Of a stretch of DNA of 64,000 nt, positions 9,584 to 18,614 are shown one piece after another. The stretch spans positions 352,001 through 416,000 of the forward strand of contig CAVZRV010000007.1 in assembly GCA_963777605.1 (NCBI GenBank). The letters are read 5' to 3'. How positions within the stretch are numbered: position 1 is the first letter of the stretch; every line of letters starts with the position of its first letter. A model generated the notes under the pieces. The model saw only the letters and a list, made by a program, of their open reading frames with translations, made no database searches and was not told the DNA's origin. The DNA comes from an uncultured Acidobacteriota bacterium. Lineage in GTDB: Bacteria; Acidobacteriota; UBA6911; RPQK01; JAPXNP01. A program made the position numbers and the translations under genes.

Positions 9584-10273
9584 TCAGATCGTCCGGCTGC
9601 TCCGGCCATGCTGTTTCGACTTCTGCTCGGCGTAGTAAGGACACAAGTCAGCCAGGAAACAGCTCTCACAGCGCGGATTCTGGGCCTTGCAGGTCTTTCG
9701 TCCGTGGAGAATCAGTCGGTGGGAATAGGCGATCCACTCCTCCCTCGGGACTTTGGCCATCAGGTCTTTTTCGATCCGGGTGGGATCACTGTAGGAAGTG
9801 AATCCCAGCCGCCGCGACAGGCGGCTCACATGGGTATCGACCACCACACCGTCAGCGATTCCGAACCAGGTACCGAGTACAACATTGGCAGTCTTGCGCG
9901 CGACACCGGGAAGCTCGAGCAGATACTCCATAGAGTCCGGAACCCGTCCCTCGAATTTCTCCAAGATGGCACGCGAGGCTCCAATCAGGTTCTTTGCCTT
10001 GTTGCGAAAGAAACCCGTGCTTCGGATCACTTCCTGGAGCTCCGTTTCCTCGGCGTCCGCCATTGAAACAGGATCGGGATACCTGCGAAAGAGATCGGGG
10101 GTCACCTTGTTAACGCGATCATCCGTACACTGGGCCGAGAGTATCGTGGCGACAAGCAACTGGAAGGGATTCTGGTGAACAAGGGCACAGTCGGCATCGG
10201 GAAATTCGCCCTGAAGCCTGGACAGGACCTCTTGAATACGCTCTCTTTCAGCCCGGCTGGATGTTCGCGGCAC
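9584..10273 (-). CDS. nth: Endonuclease III
   Basis: LVATILSAQCTD, HhH LPGVARKTANVV, VDTH and the C-x6-C-x2-C-x5-C [4Fe-4S] motif. Confidence 0.97.
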   Translation of the reverse strand: MPRTSSRAERERIQEVLSRLQGEFPDADCALVHQNPFQLLVATILSAQCTDDRVNKVTPDLFRRYPDPVSMADAEETELQEVIRSTGFFRNKAKNLIGASRAILEKFEGRVPDSMEYLLELPGVARKTANVVLGTWFGIADGVVVDTHVSRLSRRLGFTSYSDPTRIEKDLMAKVPREEWIAYSHRLILHGRKTCKAQNPRCESCFLADLCPYYAEQKSKQHGRSSRTI

Positions 10274-10344
10274 GGACTCATCTTAGCATTCCAGAAACCT
10301 CGATTGTGCAACTCGTCCCCCTTTTTCGAATCCTTACTGGTGTG

Positions 10345-10596
10345 ATGAAAGTGTCGGGGATCGCTGTATTCGCCCTCCTCGGGGGCTTCTTCCTACTGCT
10401 GATGGCCGGAATGGACAACGCTCAGGCCACCCTCAAATACAAGAAAGAGACCGGGAAGAAGTGTACCTTCTGCCACAACCAGATCCCCGAACCGGGAGAT
10501 GAAGACCCCCGACTGACCAAAGACGGGAAGAAGTTCAAGGAGAATGGTCACAAGCTGACCGAAGAACAGAAGCAGAGACCGGACTCAGTTCACTAG
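10345..10596 (+). CDS. Small secreted monoheme c-type cytochrome
   Basis: Signal peptide ending AQA and a single CTFCH heme motif; start re-set to ATG 10345. Confidence 0.78.
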   Translation: MKVSGIAVFALLGGFFLLLMAGMDNAQATLKYKKETGKKCTFCHNQIPEPGDEDPRLTKDGKKFKENGHKLTEEQKQRPDSVH

Positions 10597-10650
10597 TGTC
10601 CTGTCACGCATCTTATGACGCTTTCAGAGCCCCGCATACGTGACAGGAGA

Positions 10651-12369
10651 TTAGAGCTGCTTTTCCCCTGACACCGCCCGAGGCCTTTTTCCATTCCTGT
10701 TGCGCGCTGACGAGTGGTCCCGCAATGCCACTGCCAGCCCGGCCAGTAAGACACCTGCCAGGAGACCGACAAGCACGGATATCCACGAGAAGCCTCCGCC
10801 GAATTCCGGCAGGAGCCCGGCCGGTTGAACCTGAAAGTAGTACCCGTCGAGGGGGACCTTCTGTCCATTTTCATCGATCAGGTGCAGCTCCAGGCTAACC
10901 ACCTCGCCCTCCCCGGGTGTCCCCGCGAGGCTCCACTGCCACTCCGCCTCTTCGCGAGGAGCCGCCGACTGAACCGCATCTCCCTTCGTCAAGGTTCCCT
11001 TGAGAGATGGCGAAGAAGATCGCAACTGGGCCTCCAGCTTGAGGGCTCCCCCCAGGGATTGATAGAGGCGCCTTTCTTCTTCAGTGAACTGGACCGTATT
11101 GGGAGAGGCGGTTTTCAATCGCAGGACGGTGGCCTCCTCAGGAGACTTCGAGGGCACGACTTCGAGCGTTCCGATCGGCTGGGAAAGGAGGTTGATCTCT
11201 CCCAGCTGAACCGGCTCGTCGCCACCTTCCTCTGCCTTTCGCCTGACCGAAAGTGCCTCCCCGAGGCGCTCGGCCAACTCCAGCTTTTCCTTTGACTCCT
11301 TAGTAGCCAGGTAGGTGGCCTCCAGGCTGCCGCGATCCGAAGTCACGGCTTTGAGATTTCCCTGGAGCTTGTCGGCCCGGCGACGGGAATCGGCCAACTC
11401 CTGGCTCAACTCAGTGACCTTGCGCTCCAGGTCGGATACCTGACCGCTGAGCCGCACCTTGTCCTGGGAAAGCATGTCGATATTGCGAGTCAGGCTGTCT
11501 ACCTGGCGACCAAGCTGAGAATTCGAGTCAAGCTGAACGTTCAGCTTCGAGGCAACCGCCTGGACCTGATCGCGGAACTTGGCATTCTCGGCCTTAACCC
11601 CGGCCAATTCCTGGTCCAACTGGTTCCGCTCCCGCTGCAGGCTGTCCCGTTCCTGGCGAAGCGTAGTAACCGACTCGCTGGCGCCCGCCAACCCAGAACG
11701 CACTTCCTGCAGCTGCATTTCGAGGTTCTTGCGGGAACTCCGTTCCTCCGCGAGTGACGCCTCCGTCTGTGTCAACCTCTGTTTGGCCTGGTCGAGGTCT
11801 TTCTGGATTTTCGCGTATTCGGGCTGGCTCTCCAGAATCGCCTTGTTCACGAATTCGGTCGAAGCGCCGGTGGTGTCGGAGAACTGTCGAACCGTCCGGT
11901 TGTACTGGTCCGTGATGTACTGCTCCTTGGCCTTGTCCAGTTCCTTGTAGCTCAGTCCCTCGGAGAATGTCTCTTTGAGTGCGGCATCAAAGGCGGAACG
12001 GCGGTGAAAAGTGTAGGTCAACGATTCACCGAAGTCGAAAATCACGGAAGCCTTGCGGGTCTGATCGATCGAGGCCAGCTTGAATTCGATGCTTGAGTCG
12101 TTGAAGTCGATCGCAGTGATCCTCACCTGCTCTCCCACCCGGAACGTCAGTGGGCTCTTGAGGCTCTCAGGGTCGTCCACGAGCAGGTTTCCGCGAAGAT
12201 GGATCGTCTCCCTCTCCCCGTGCACTGGCCGCTGAAGAAAGAGCGCCCGGTTCTCATATTGCTGCCTGTATTCCAGCTGGACCTCTTTCCCGACACCCGC
12301 CCAAACGGTCGAGCCTGCCAGGAAAGACAGGCAAATTGCCACGAGCATCGAGCCGATTCTGGAACCCAT
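10651..12369 (-). CDS. Secreted long coiled-coil protein with C-terminal membrane anchor
   Basis: Signal peptide (..STVWA), long central heptad region, C-terminal TM followed by a basic tail. Confidence 0.75.
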   Translation of the reverse strand: MGSRIGSMLVAICLSFLAGSTVWAGVGKEVQLEYRQQYENRALFLQRPVHGERETIHLRGNLLVDDPESLKSPLTFRVGEQVRITAIDFNDSSIEFKLASIDQTRKASVIFDFGESLTYTFHRRSAFDAALKETFSEGLSYKELDKAKEQYITDQYNRTVRQFSDTTGASTEFVNKAILESQPEYAKIQKDLDQAKQRLTQTEASLAEERSSRKNLEMQLQEVRSGLAGASESVTTLRQERDSLQRERNQLDQELAGVKAENAKFRDQVQAVASKLNVQLDSNSQLGRQVDSLTRNIDMLSQDKVRLSGQVSDLERKVTELSQELADSRRRADKLQGNLKAVTSDRGSLEATYLATKESKEKLELAERLGEALSVRRKAEEGGDEPVQLGEINLLSQPIGTLEVVPSKSPEEATVLRLKTASPNTVQFTEEERRLYQSLGGALKLEAQLRSSSPSLKGTLTKGDAVQSAAPREEAEWQWSLAGTPGEGEVVSLELHLIDENGQKVPLDGYYFQVQPAGLLPEFGGGFSWISVLVGLLAGVLLAGLAVALRDHSSARNRNGKRPRAVSGEKQL

Positions 12370-12533
12370 CACACCCTCCGCCAAATTCTGTCTAGCTCCT
12401 GTCCTCACGCGCATCAGCATACAGCACACCCATGCCTCCCTGCCGACTCCAGTAGGGTTTCATCCAAAAGGCTTCTCCGGAAAACGCGAGAGGCCCCACC
12501 GGCTCCAGCCAATCTCCGGCGTCCGGTACGGTC

Positions 12534-13547
12534 TCACCACCACTGTGCCCGCACCTTTCCAACCAGCCTGCCCCGGTCCCCCGAGAGATTCATTCCGAAG
12601 ATCAGCAGGAACGCAACCAGGGCCGGCGCCCACTTCCAGTGCTGAGACAGAAGTGCCTGCAGGGAGGCAGCATCCCGAATCAGCAGCCCCAGACTGACCG
12701 CCGGCTCCTGAACTCCAACGCCGAGGAACGAGAGGCTGATTTCAGCGACCAGGAAGAGAGGCAGGAAAAACGTTGCCTGGACAACGAGGACACTGCGGCA
12801 GAACGGCAGAACGTGGCGCACGAGGATCCTGAAATCGGAGGCTCCGATCGACCGGGCCGCCAACACGTGTTCCCGTTCCCTGATGGCCAGTACCTGTCCT
12901 CGAACGACCCTCGACACGGTCGCCCACGAGATCACCACGAAAATGACCACCATCATCATCATGGCTTCCAATGGAGAGAGGTTCACAGGGTAAAGAACGC
13001 GCAGTCCCAGGATGAAGAAAAGCCCGGGAACGGCAAGGAAGAGATCACTGACCCGCATGATGATCCGGTCGGCCCAACCTGAATAGTAGCCGGAAAGAGC
13101 CCCGGCCAGGGTTCCGATCAACAGCGTAAAAATGATCGCGGTCAGTGAGGCCAGCAAGGAAAAGCGGACGCCGCTGAGGGTCCGCGAGAAGATGTCTCTC
13201 CCCAGAGAGTCAGACCCGAGCAGAAAGACCGGCTGGGCACAGTCAGCAGTTCCCCAGATCCGGAACGGAATCCAGGATCCCCCCAAAACCCCTTCCTGCC
13301 GGCACTCCGGGAACCATGTAAGGGGCACCCGAAGACGGCTGGAAGAAACGCCAGGCTCTCGCTCCAGGACGGCGAAGATCGGGAGCCTCGAGCCCCCAGC
13401 CCAGCCGAAGGTCAGACGGGAAGGAGGCTGGTTCGGCCACTCTCGAAACTGATAGTCGGGAGGTTGAGGAGCAAGCATCGGGAGCAGGAAGAGTCCCAGT
13501 AATCCAAGACCCAGCCCCAGACCTGTCCAGATAGCTCCCCGCGTCAT
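12534..13547 (-). CDS. Oligopeptide/dipeptide ABC permease (OppC/DppC-like)
   Basis: LGSDSLGRDIFSR, AARSIGAS EAA-like loop, SLSFLGVGVQEP. Confidence 0.92.
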   Translation of the reverse strand: MTRGAIWTGLGLGLGLLGLFLLPMLAPQPPDYQFREWPNQPPSRLTFGWAGGSRLPIFAVLEREPGVSSSRLRVPLTWFPECRQEGVLGGSWIPFRIWGTADCAQPVFLLGSDSLGRDIFSRTLSGVRFSLLASLTAIIFTLLIGTLAGALSGYYSGWADRIIMRVSDLFLAVPGLFFILGLRVLYPVNLSPLEAMMMMVVIFVVISWATVSRVVRGQVLAIREREHVLAARSIGASDFRILVRHVLPFCRSVLVVQATFFLPLFLVAEISLSFLGVGVQEPAVSLGLLIRDAASLQALLSQHWKWAPALVAFLLIFGMNLSGDRGRLVGKVRAQWW

Positions 13548-14470
13548 GGTTCTCTGACCCTCGGGTCGTTCAGACAGAGCACGATGTCGGCGATCAAACC
13601 GGCGCACAAAACCGCGACCGCGGCCGTCAGAACGGCAAATAAAGCTACGTAAAGGTCCCGTGACTGAATGGCATCGACAGTCAGGGCACCGAGGCCTGGC
13701 CAGCCAAATACTTTCTCGGCTACAACAGCGCCGCTCATCAGGCCGGCAAGGGTGACCCCTGCCATGGAGATCAATGGATTCGCGGCATTCCTCAATGCCT
13801 GGAACAGGATCCGATGTCGCGGAATCCCACGGGCAGCCGCGGAAGCGATGTAAGGCTGAGACAGGACATCCACGAGCTCTAGCCGCAGGATTCGCAGGAA
13901 AACTGCTCCGGAAGGTATGGCCAGAGTCAAAGCCGGCAACCAGACCTGGTAGATGTGTTCGCTGTCAAGGAAAGGTGACCAGCCCGACCAAATCGAAATC
14001 CCGAAGAGGAGGACCGCCGAGAGTACCGACGGCAACGACAGGGCGACGAGGGAGAGCACCAGGATCACCCGATCGAGCAAACCGCCGATCAGGGCCGCTG
14101 AGACACAGGCCAGGGGAACCGACCAGGACAAGCTGAAAAGGAGTGCCACCCCGGCCAGGAACAGAGTGAATTTCAGGCGCTCGATCACGAGTTGGAAGGC
14201 CGGGCGGTGCTGGGCAAACGAGTAGCCGAAATTGCCCCGAACTACCTGAGATAGCCACGCCAGGTACTGAGCCGGAAGAGCCTTCCGAAGGCCGAAATCC
14301 TCCCGGAGTTTCTCAACGGTCGCCTTCGATATGGTCGGGTTCAGTTCCATTTCGGTCAAGAAGTCCCCGGGGACGGAGCTGAAGAAAACGAATACGAGGA
14401 CGGAAAGGAGGAAGAGGGCGGGAATTGCTTCGAGAAGACGTCGTAAGACGAAACGAAGGATCGATTTCAC
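13544..14470 (-). CDS. Oligopeptide/dipeptide ABC permease (OppB/DppB-like)
   Basis: GTG start at 14470 overlaps the SBP stop (GTGA). ILRFVLRRLLEAIP..PGD, GNFGYSF, AAARGI and EKVFGWPGLG motifs present. Confidence 0.9.
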   Translation of the reverse strand: MKSILRFVLRRLLEAIPALFLLSVLVFVFFSSVPGDFLTEMELNPTISKATVEKLREDFGLRKALPAQYLAWLSQVVRGNFGYSFAQHRPAFQLVIERLKFTLFLAGVALLFSLSWSVPLACVSAALIGGLLDRVILVLSLVALSLPSVLSAVLLFGISIWSGWSPFLDSEHIYQVWLPALTLAIPSGAVFLRILRLELVDVLSQPYIASAAARGIPRHRILFQALRNAANPLISMAGVTLAGLMSGAVVAEKVFGWPGLGALTVDAIQSRDLYVALFAVLTAAVAVLCAGLIADIVLCLNDPRVREP

Positions 14471-16264
14471 GGCTCCGCCCTTGAGATCTTCCAGGACCGC
14501 GCCCACGCATAAGGAAACACCGATGCCACGTCGATGCTGCTCAGCCCCGGACTCCGCGCCAGCAGAATGTCTCGATGGACGAGCGGGATCAGGGGAACTT
14601 CCTCCGCCAGCAACCGCTGCACGCGGGAGAACAGCTCCACCTGGCGCCCTCGATCGACGGTAGCGCTGAGCTCTTCCATCACCTGGTCGATCTTCGAGTT
14701 CCCACTCGGGCGCCTCGCTCCGGTCCAGCCTCCAGACGTGCATGGCCCCGTCGGAGAGGAGCAGATCGCGCATCTGGAACGGTTCCAGCGGGAGGTCCAG
14801 GTTCATGATCGCTACGTCGAAGTCATGCGATCCCATAACCCGAGAAATCACCGAGCGGAGCTCCTCCTGGCGAACAGAGACCTCAATCCCGACTCGTGCA
14901 AGGTCCTGCCGGATCAGGCTGGCAATACGACCCTGGACGTCACCGGCCGAGGTCACCAGTTCGAACCGGACCGGGTTCCCCGCGGAGTCAACCAGCCTAA
15001 TGCCGCCTTCTATCCCGTGGAAAGAAAAACCTGCCTGGCGGAGAAGCTCATGTGCAACCTCAAGGCCGCTCTTCTCTGCCTCGGCAGGCAAATACCAACG
15101 GCTGTTGGCGGGGGAGATCAGCCGTTTCGCCTCGGTCGCCAGCCCAAGATAAACGTTGCGGACAATCGAAGATCGGCTCACGGCTGCGCTCAGCGCTCGA
15201 CGGAATCCCCGTTTCGAGAACCAGCTGTACCGAATCCTTGCATCCTCCTTCGTGGGCTGATTGAGGTTAAGACAGAAGAAGGTGACATTGCTGGAGGGTC
15301 CGAGTTCCCGGGTCACACAGACCTTGCGCTCTTCCAGTAACCGGAAGTCCTCAGGTCGAAGAAGCTGGTCGATAAGATCGAGCTGGCCCAGGTTCAGCCT
15401 CAAGACCTGGGCGTTACGGTCTTCGAGATAGAGCAACCTGACTTCATCGAGGTAGGGCAACTGGGCTCCGGACGAATCTGTCTTCCAGTAGTAGGGATTG
15501 CGCTTCAGAGTAGTGCCGATTCCCGGCTTGTGTTCGGCGACCATGAACGGACCGAGGCCCGCCATCTCGACAGGGTCGGTGCCGAGGGTCCACTTTTCCT
15601 CGATCGGTGAATCGCCTTCCTCTGATTCCAGCAGGTGCCGCGGAAGTACCGGGATGGTCGAGAGCACCGACTCAATCCCGGAAAAGGGTCGCGGCCAGCG
15701 CAACTCGATCTCTCCCGATGGGAGAACGGAAAATTTCAGCGGCTCGCCATAGATATAAGCCGAGTCTTTCAGCACGTTGGAGGACGCCGGGTCAAGAATA
15801 TTCTCCAGAGTGAACACCACGTCTTCAGGGCCGACCAAGACGCCGTCGGAAAAGCGCAGGCCCTGCCGCAGGGCTAACCGAGCACTGGTCCCGTCGGATC
15901 CAAATATGGCGTCGCAAACTCCAGGACCAACGGTTTGTGCGACGGGATCAAATTCCAGCAGGGTGCCGGTTGTCAGCATGACCAACAGCCGGGAACGGGA
16001 TTCTGAGGCGGCAAGATAGTTGAAGGTGTTGGGCTCACCGGCCAGCGCGTACCGCACGCTCCCACCGGGACGGCCCTGACAGGAGACTTCGAGCGCCCCT
16101 GCAGGAACCTCTCCCCGCCGGTCTGCTTCCGGAGGTCCTTCCGAACCGTTCCTTTCTCCGGAACATGCCCCCAGCAACAGAACCAGGATCAGCCAGCCCA
16201 GGACTGTTCCTGAAGGCCCCCACGGCAACCGAAGCTTTCGTGGCGGAGCCAGTGAATGTGTCAT
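14467..16264 (-). CDS. Family 5 ABC substrate-binding lipoprotein with a +1 frameshift near 14695 (probably a sequencing error)
   Basis: Lipobox LLGAC, EPNTFN, FSDG, GLGPF and RNPYYWK. The true C-terminus (IDQVMEEL..QRLLAEEVPLIPL) is in ORF 14467..14682. Confidence 0.88.
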
Positions 16265-16315
16265 AGTCGCAAAAGCATCGCTACTCTTCCCAGGCACCAG
16301 ACTGCGCCGACACCG

Positions 16316-16774
16316 CTATTTGATCGGTGGGGGCTTCAACCAGTCATAGCCGATCACGGGGTCGTCATGAGCAATCCGGCCTTCGTCATCCGGGTCGTAA
16401 GTTCGGGACGTGATGTAAAACAGGTTGGCAGGTCCGGACATGCACTTGCAGCCGTGGGCGACCCCAGGGGGGATCTTGAGAAGGATCGCATCTTGCCCTT
16501 CGCCCATCATCAACTCCATCAACTCTCCATGAGTATCGGAGTCCGGACGGTTGTCATACAAGGCCACCTTCAACACTCCGCTCCCCACATACCACCAGTC
16601 CACCTGTCTGGCATGGATGTGCCAGGCCTTGATCACACCCTGGTACATCAGGGAATGGCTCCACTGGCCAAATCCCTCTGAAAAGATGTCGTCGTGAACA
16701 CGGACGATCTCGCGAAAGAACCCCCGCTCGTCCCGGTGTGTCTGCAATCCGCGAATCTCAACCCCGTCGATCAT
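16316..16774 (-). CDS. dTDP-4-dehydrorhamnose 3,5-epimerase family (RmlC-like cupin)
   Basis: HRDERGFFRE, IKAWHIH and IPPGVAHG. Confidence 0.88.
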   Translation of the reverse strand: MIDGVEIRGLQTHRDERGFFREIVRVHDDIFSEGFGQWSHSLMYQGVIKAWHIHARQVDWWYVGSGVLKVALYDNRPDSDTHGELMELMMGEGQDAILLKIPPGVAHGCKCMSGPANLFYITSRTYDPDDEGRIAHDDPVIGYDWLKPPPIK

Positions 16775-16814
16775 TCAGTCTCACTCCTCTTCGAAACAGT
16801 ATACCGTCCGCCAG

Positions 16815-16865
16815 GGGTTCGATGACCGGCGTCATCGAGCCCGCTCCAATGGTTCGATGACCGGC
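16815..16865. repeat. Hairpin plus 15-bp direct repeat at the 3' end of the CRTAC1 gene
   Basis: Hairpin GGGTTCGATGAC-CGGC-GTCATCGAGCCC at 16815-16842. GGTTCGATGACCGGC occurs at 16816-16830 and 16851-16865. Confidence 0.7.
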
Positions 16866-18568
16866 TTTCGCCCCTCCTCCACCAGATAGTGCCGATTAAC
16901 GTCCAGGTTCTCAAACTCCTGTTCCCGGCCGCTCGGCCAACGAACGTGGAGCCTGGTCACCTTCTTAGCCACGCCCAAGCCAAAATGGGCCCTGGGATCG
17001 CTGCCGGAGTAAATCGAACCGGCACTCTTGACTTCCCACCACTGTCGCATTCCGCCGGCCTCGACTTCGATTCGTGTCCCGTACCCGTCACGGTTGCTCC
17101 GGGTTCCGACCGCCCGCACCATGATCCAGTTATTGGCGTCTCTCCGGTCGGTTCGAAACAGGACCGGCTTCCCGTTCAGGTTCACCACCAAGAAGTCAAA
17201 GTCTCCATCGTTATCGTAATCCGCGAAGGCGACACCACGGCCCAGGACGGGCTTCTGAAAATCCTCCCCTACCATCCGGGCAGCGTTCATGAAAGTGCCG
17301 TCTCCCCGGTTGGCGTAGAAGCTCATCGGCTCGTCGAATTTCTCGTCGAGACCCGCGTCGATCAGGTAGGGGTAGACGTGCCCGTTCGAATGAACAATGT
17401 CCTTCCAGCCGTCGTTGTTGAAATCAATCAACTTCACACCCCAGCCGACCAGTCCGATCTCGGCCTGAAGAAGCTGGGCCCGGGCCGTGATATCGCGAAA
17501 CTGCAGTTCGCCTTCATTCCGGTAGAGTGTGCTGTAATCATCGGCGAAGTGGGTGAGGTAGACATCGAGCAGGCCGTCGTTGTCGAAGTCTGCGGCGTCC
17601 ATACCCATGCTGGCCTGCTCGCGGCCTTCTGCGTTGACCGCCAACCCACTGAGGAGACCGTCTTCCACGAAATGTCCGTCTCCCTGATTGACGTACAGTA
17701 GATTCGGAGTCACGTCGTTCCCGACATAGAGATCCTGATCGCCGTCGTTGTCCAGATCCGCCCACATCACGCCCAATGAATAAAAGCGCTGGGAATCTGC
17801 CGCGCCGACTTCTTCGGAGGCCTCAGTAAATGTCCCGTCCCCGTTGTTTCGATACAGACTGTTCCTGGCTCCCGGCAAACCGGTCGGACCGCAAAGGACA
17901 ACCGCCTCCCGGTGACGGCAGACCTTCGGAGGAAGCGCGTCGAAATTGATGTAAAGGTAGTTGGCCACGTAGAGGTCGAGATCCCCGTCACCGTCGCAGT
18001 CCCCGAAAGCAGCCGAGGTACTCCAGCTCGGATCGCCTACGCCGGCGACGTCGGTAACCTCCTCAAATGTCCCGTCACCGTTGTTCCGAAAGAGCTGATT
18101 TGGCCCGAGCCGGGTGATGTAGACATCAGGATCGCCGTCGTTGTCATAGTCGCCGAAGGCCACTCCCATCCCCCATCCTTCGGAGATGAGACGCGACTTC
18201 TCGGTCACATCCTCGAAAGTGCCATCGTGCCGGTTCCGATAGAGGGCTCCTCGCGGGTTCTTCCCGGAGCGGTATCGTTCAACAGTCGATCCCTGCACGA
18301 GAAATAGATCGGGCCAGCCATCTCTGTCGTAGTCGAAAAAACCGGCACCGCCACCCTTGGTTTCAGGGATGAAGTTCTTGACCGTTCGCTCGCCGTTGAT
18401 CTGTTCGAATGTGATCCCCGAAGTGCCGCTCACATCGGTGAACCGGGGAAGCGAGTTCCGCAGGGACTCGTCCGAGGCTCCCAGCAGTACCGGCGACAAA
18501 GCCACTATAGACACCAGCACAGGCAACAGCCGGCAAAATCCTAACCTGTCTGGCAACAGTGATCGCAC
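16832..18568 (-). CDS. CRTAC1 family protein (FG-GAP/VCBS repeats plus ASPIC-UnbV)
   Basis: Repeated DYDNDGDxD motifs, GxRSNRDG.G and a HFGLG..VRWPSG C-terminus. Confidence 0.95.
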   Translation of the reverse strand: MRSLLPDRLGFCRLLPVLVSIVALSPVLLGASDESLRNSLPRFTDVSGTSGITFEQINGERTVKNFIPETKGGGAGFFDYDRDGWPDLFLVQGSTVERYRSGKNPRGALYRNRHDGTFEDVTEKSRLISEGWGMGVAFGDYDNDGDPDVYITRLGPNQLFRNNGDGTFEEVTDVAGVGDPSWSTSAAFGDCDGDGDLDLYVANYLYINFDALPPKVCRHREAVVLCGPTGLPGARNSLYRNNGDGTFTEASEEVGAADSQRFYSLGVMWADLDNDGDQDLYVGNDVTPNLLYVNQGDGHFVEDGLLSGLAVNAEGREQASMGMDAADFDNDGLLDVYLTHFADDYSTLYRNEGELQFRDITARAQLLQAEIGLVGWGVKLIDFNNDGWKDIVHSNGHVYPYLIDAGLDEKFDEPMSFYANRGDGTFMNAARMVGEDFQKPVLGRGVAFADYDNDGDFDFLVVNLNGKPVLFRTDRRDANNWIMVRAVGTRSNRDGYGTRIEVEAGGMRQWWEVKSAGSIYSGSDPRAHFGLGVAKKVTRLHVRWPSGREQEFENLDVNRHYLVEEGRKPVIEPLERAR

Positions 18569-18614
18569 GTCACCCTCGTCTGTAGAGGACTGGAAAGAAA
18601 TGACAACGGGAAAT

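Noticed and set aside
13544-16297. 917-aa SBP-permease fusion in the ORF track
   Set aside because: The SBP's proper C-terminus lies in another frame (14467-14682) and ends in a GTGA overlap with the permease start. A single extra base near 14695 creates the apparent fusion.
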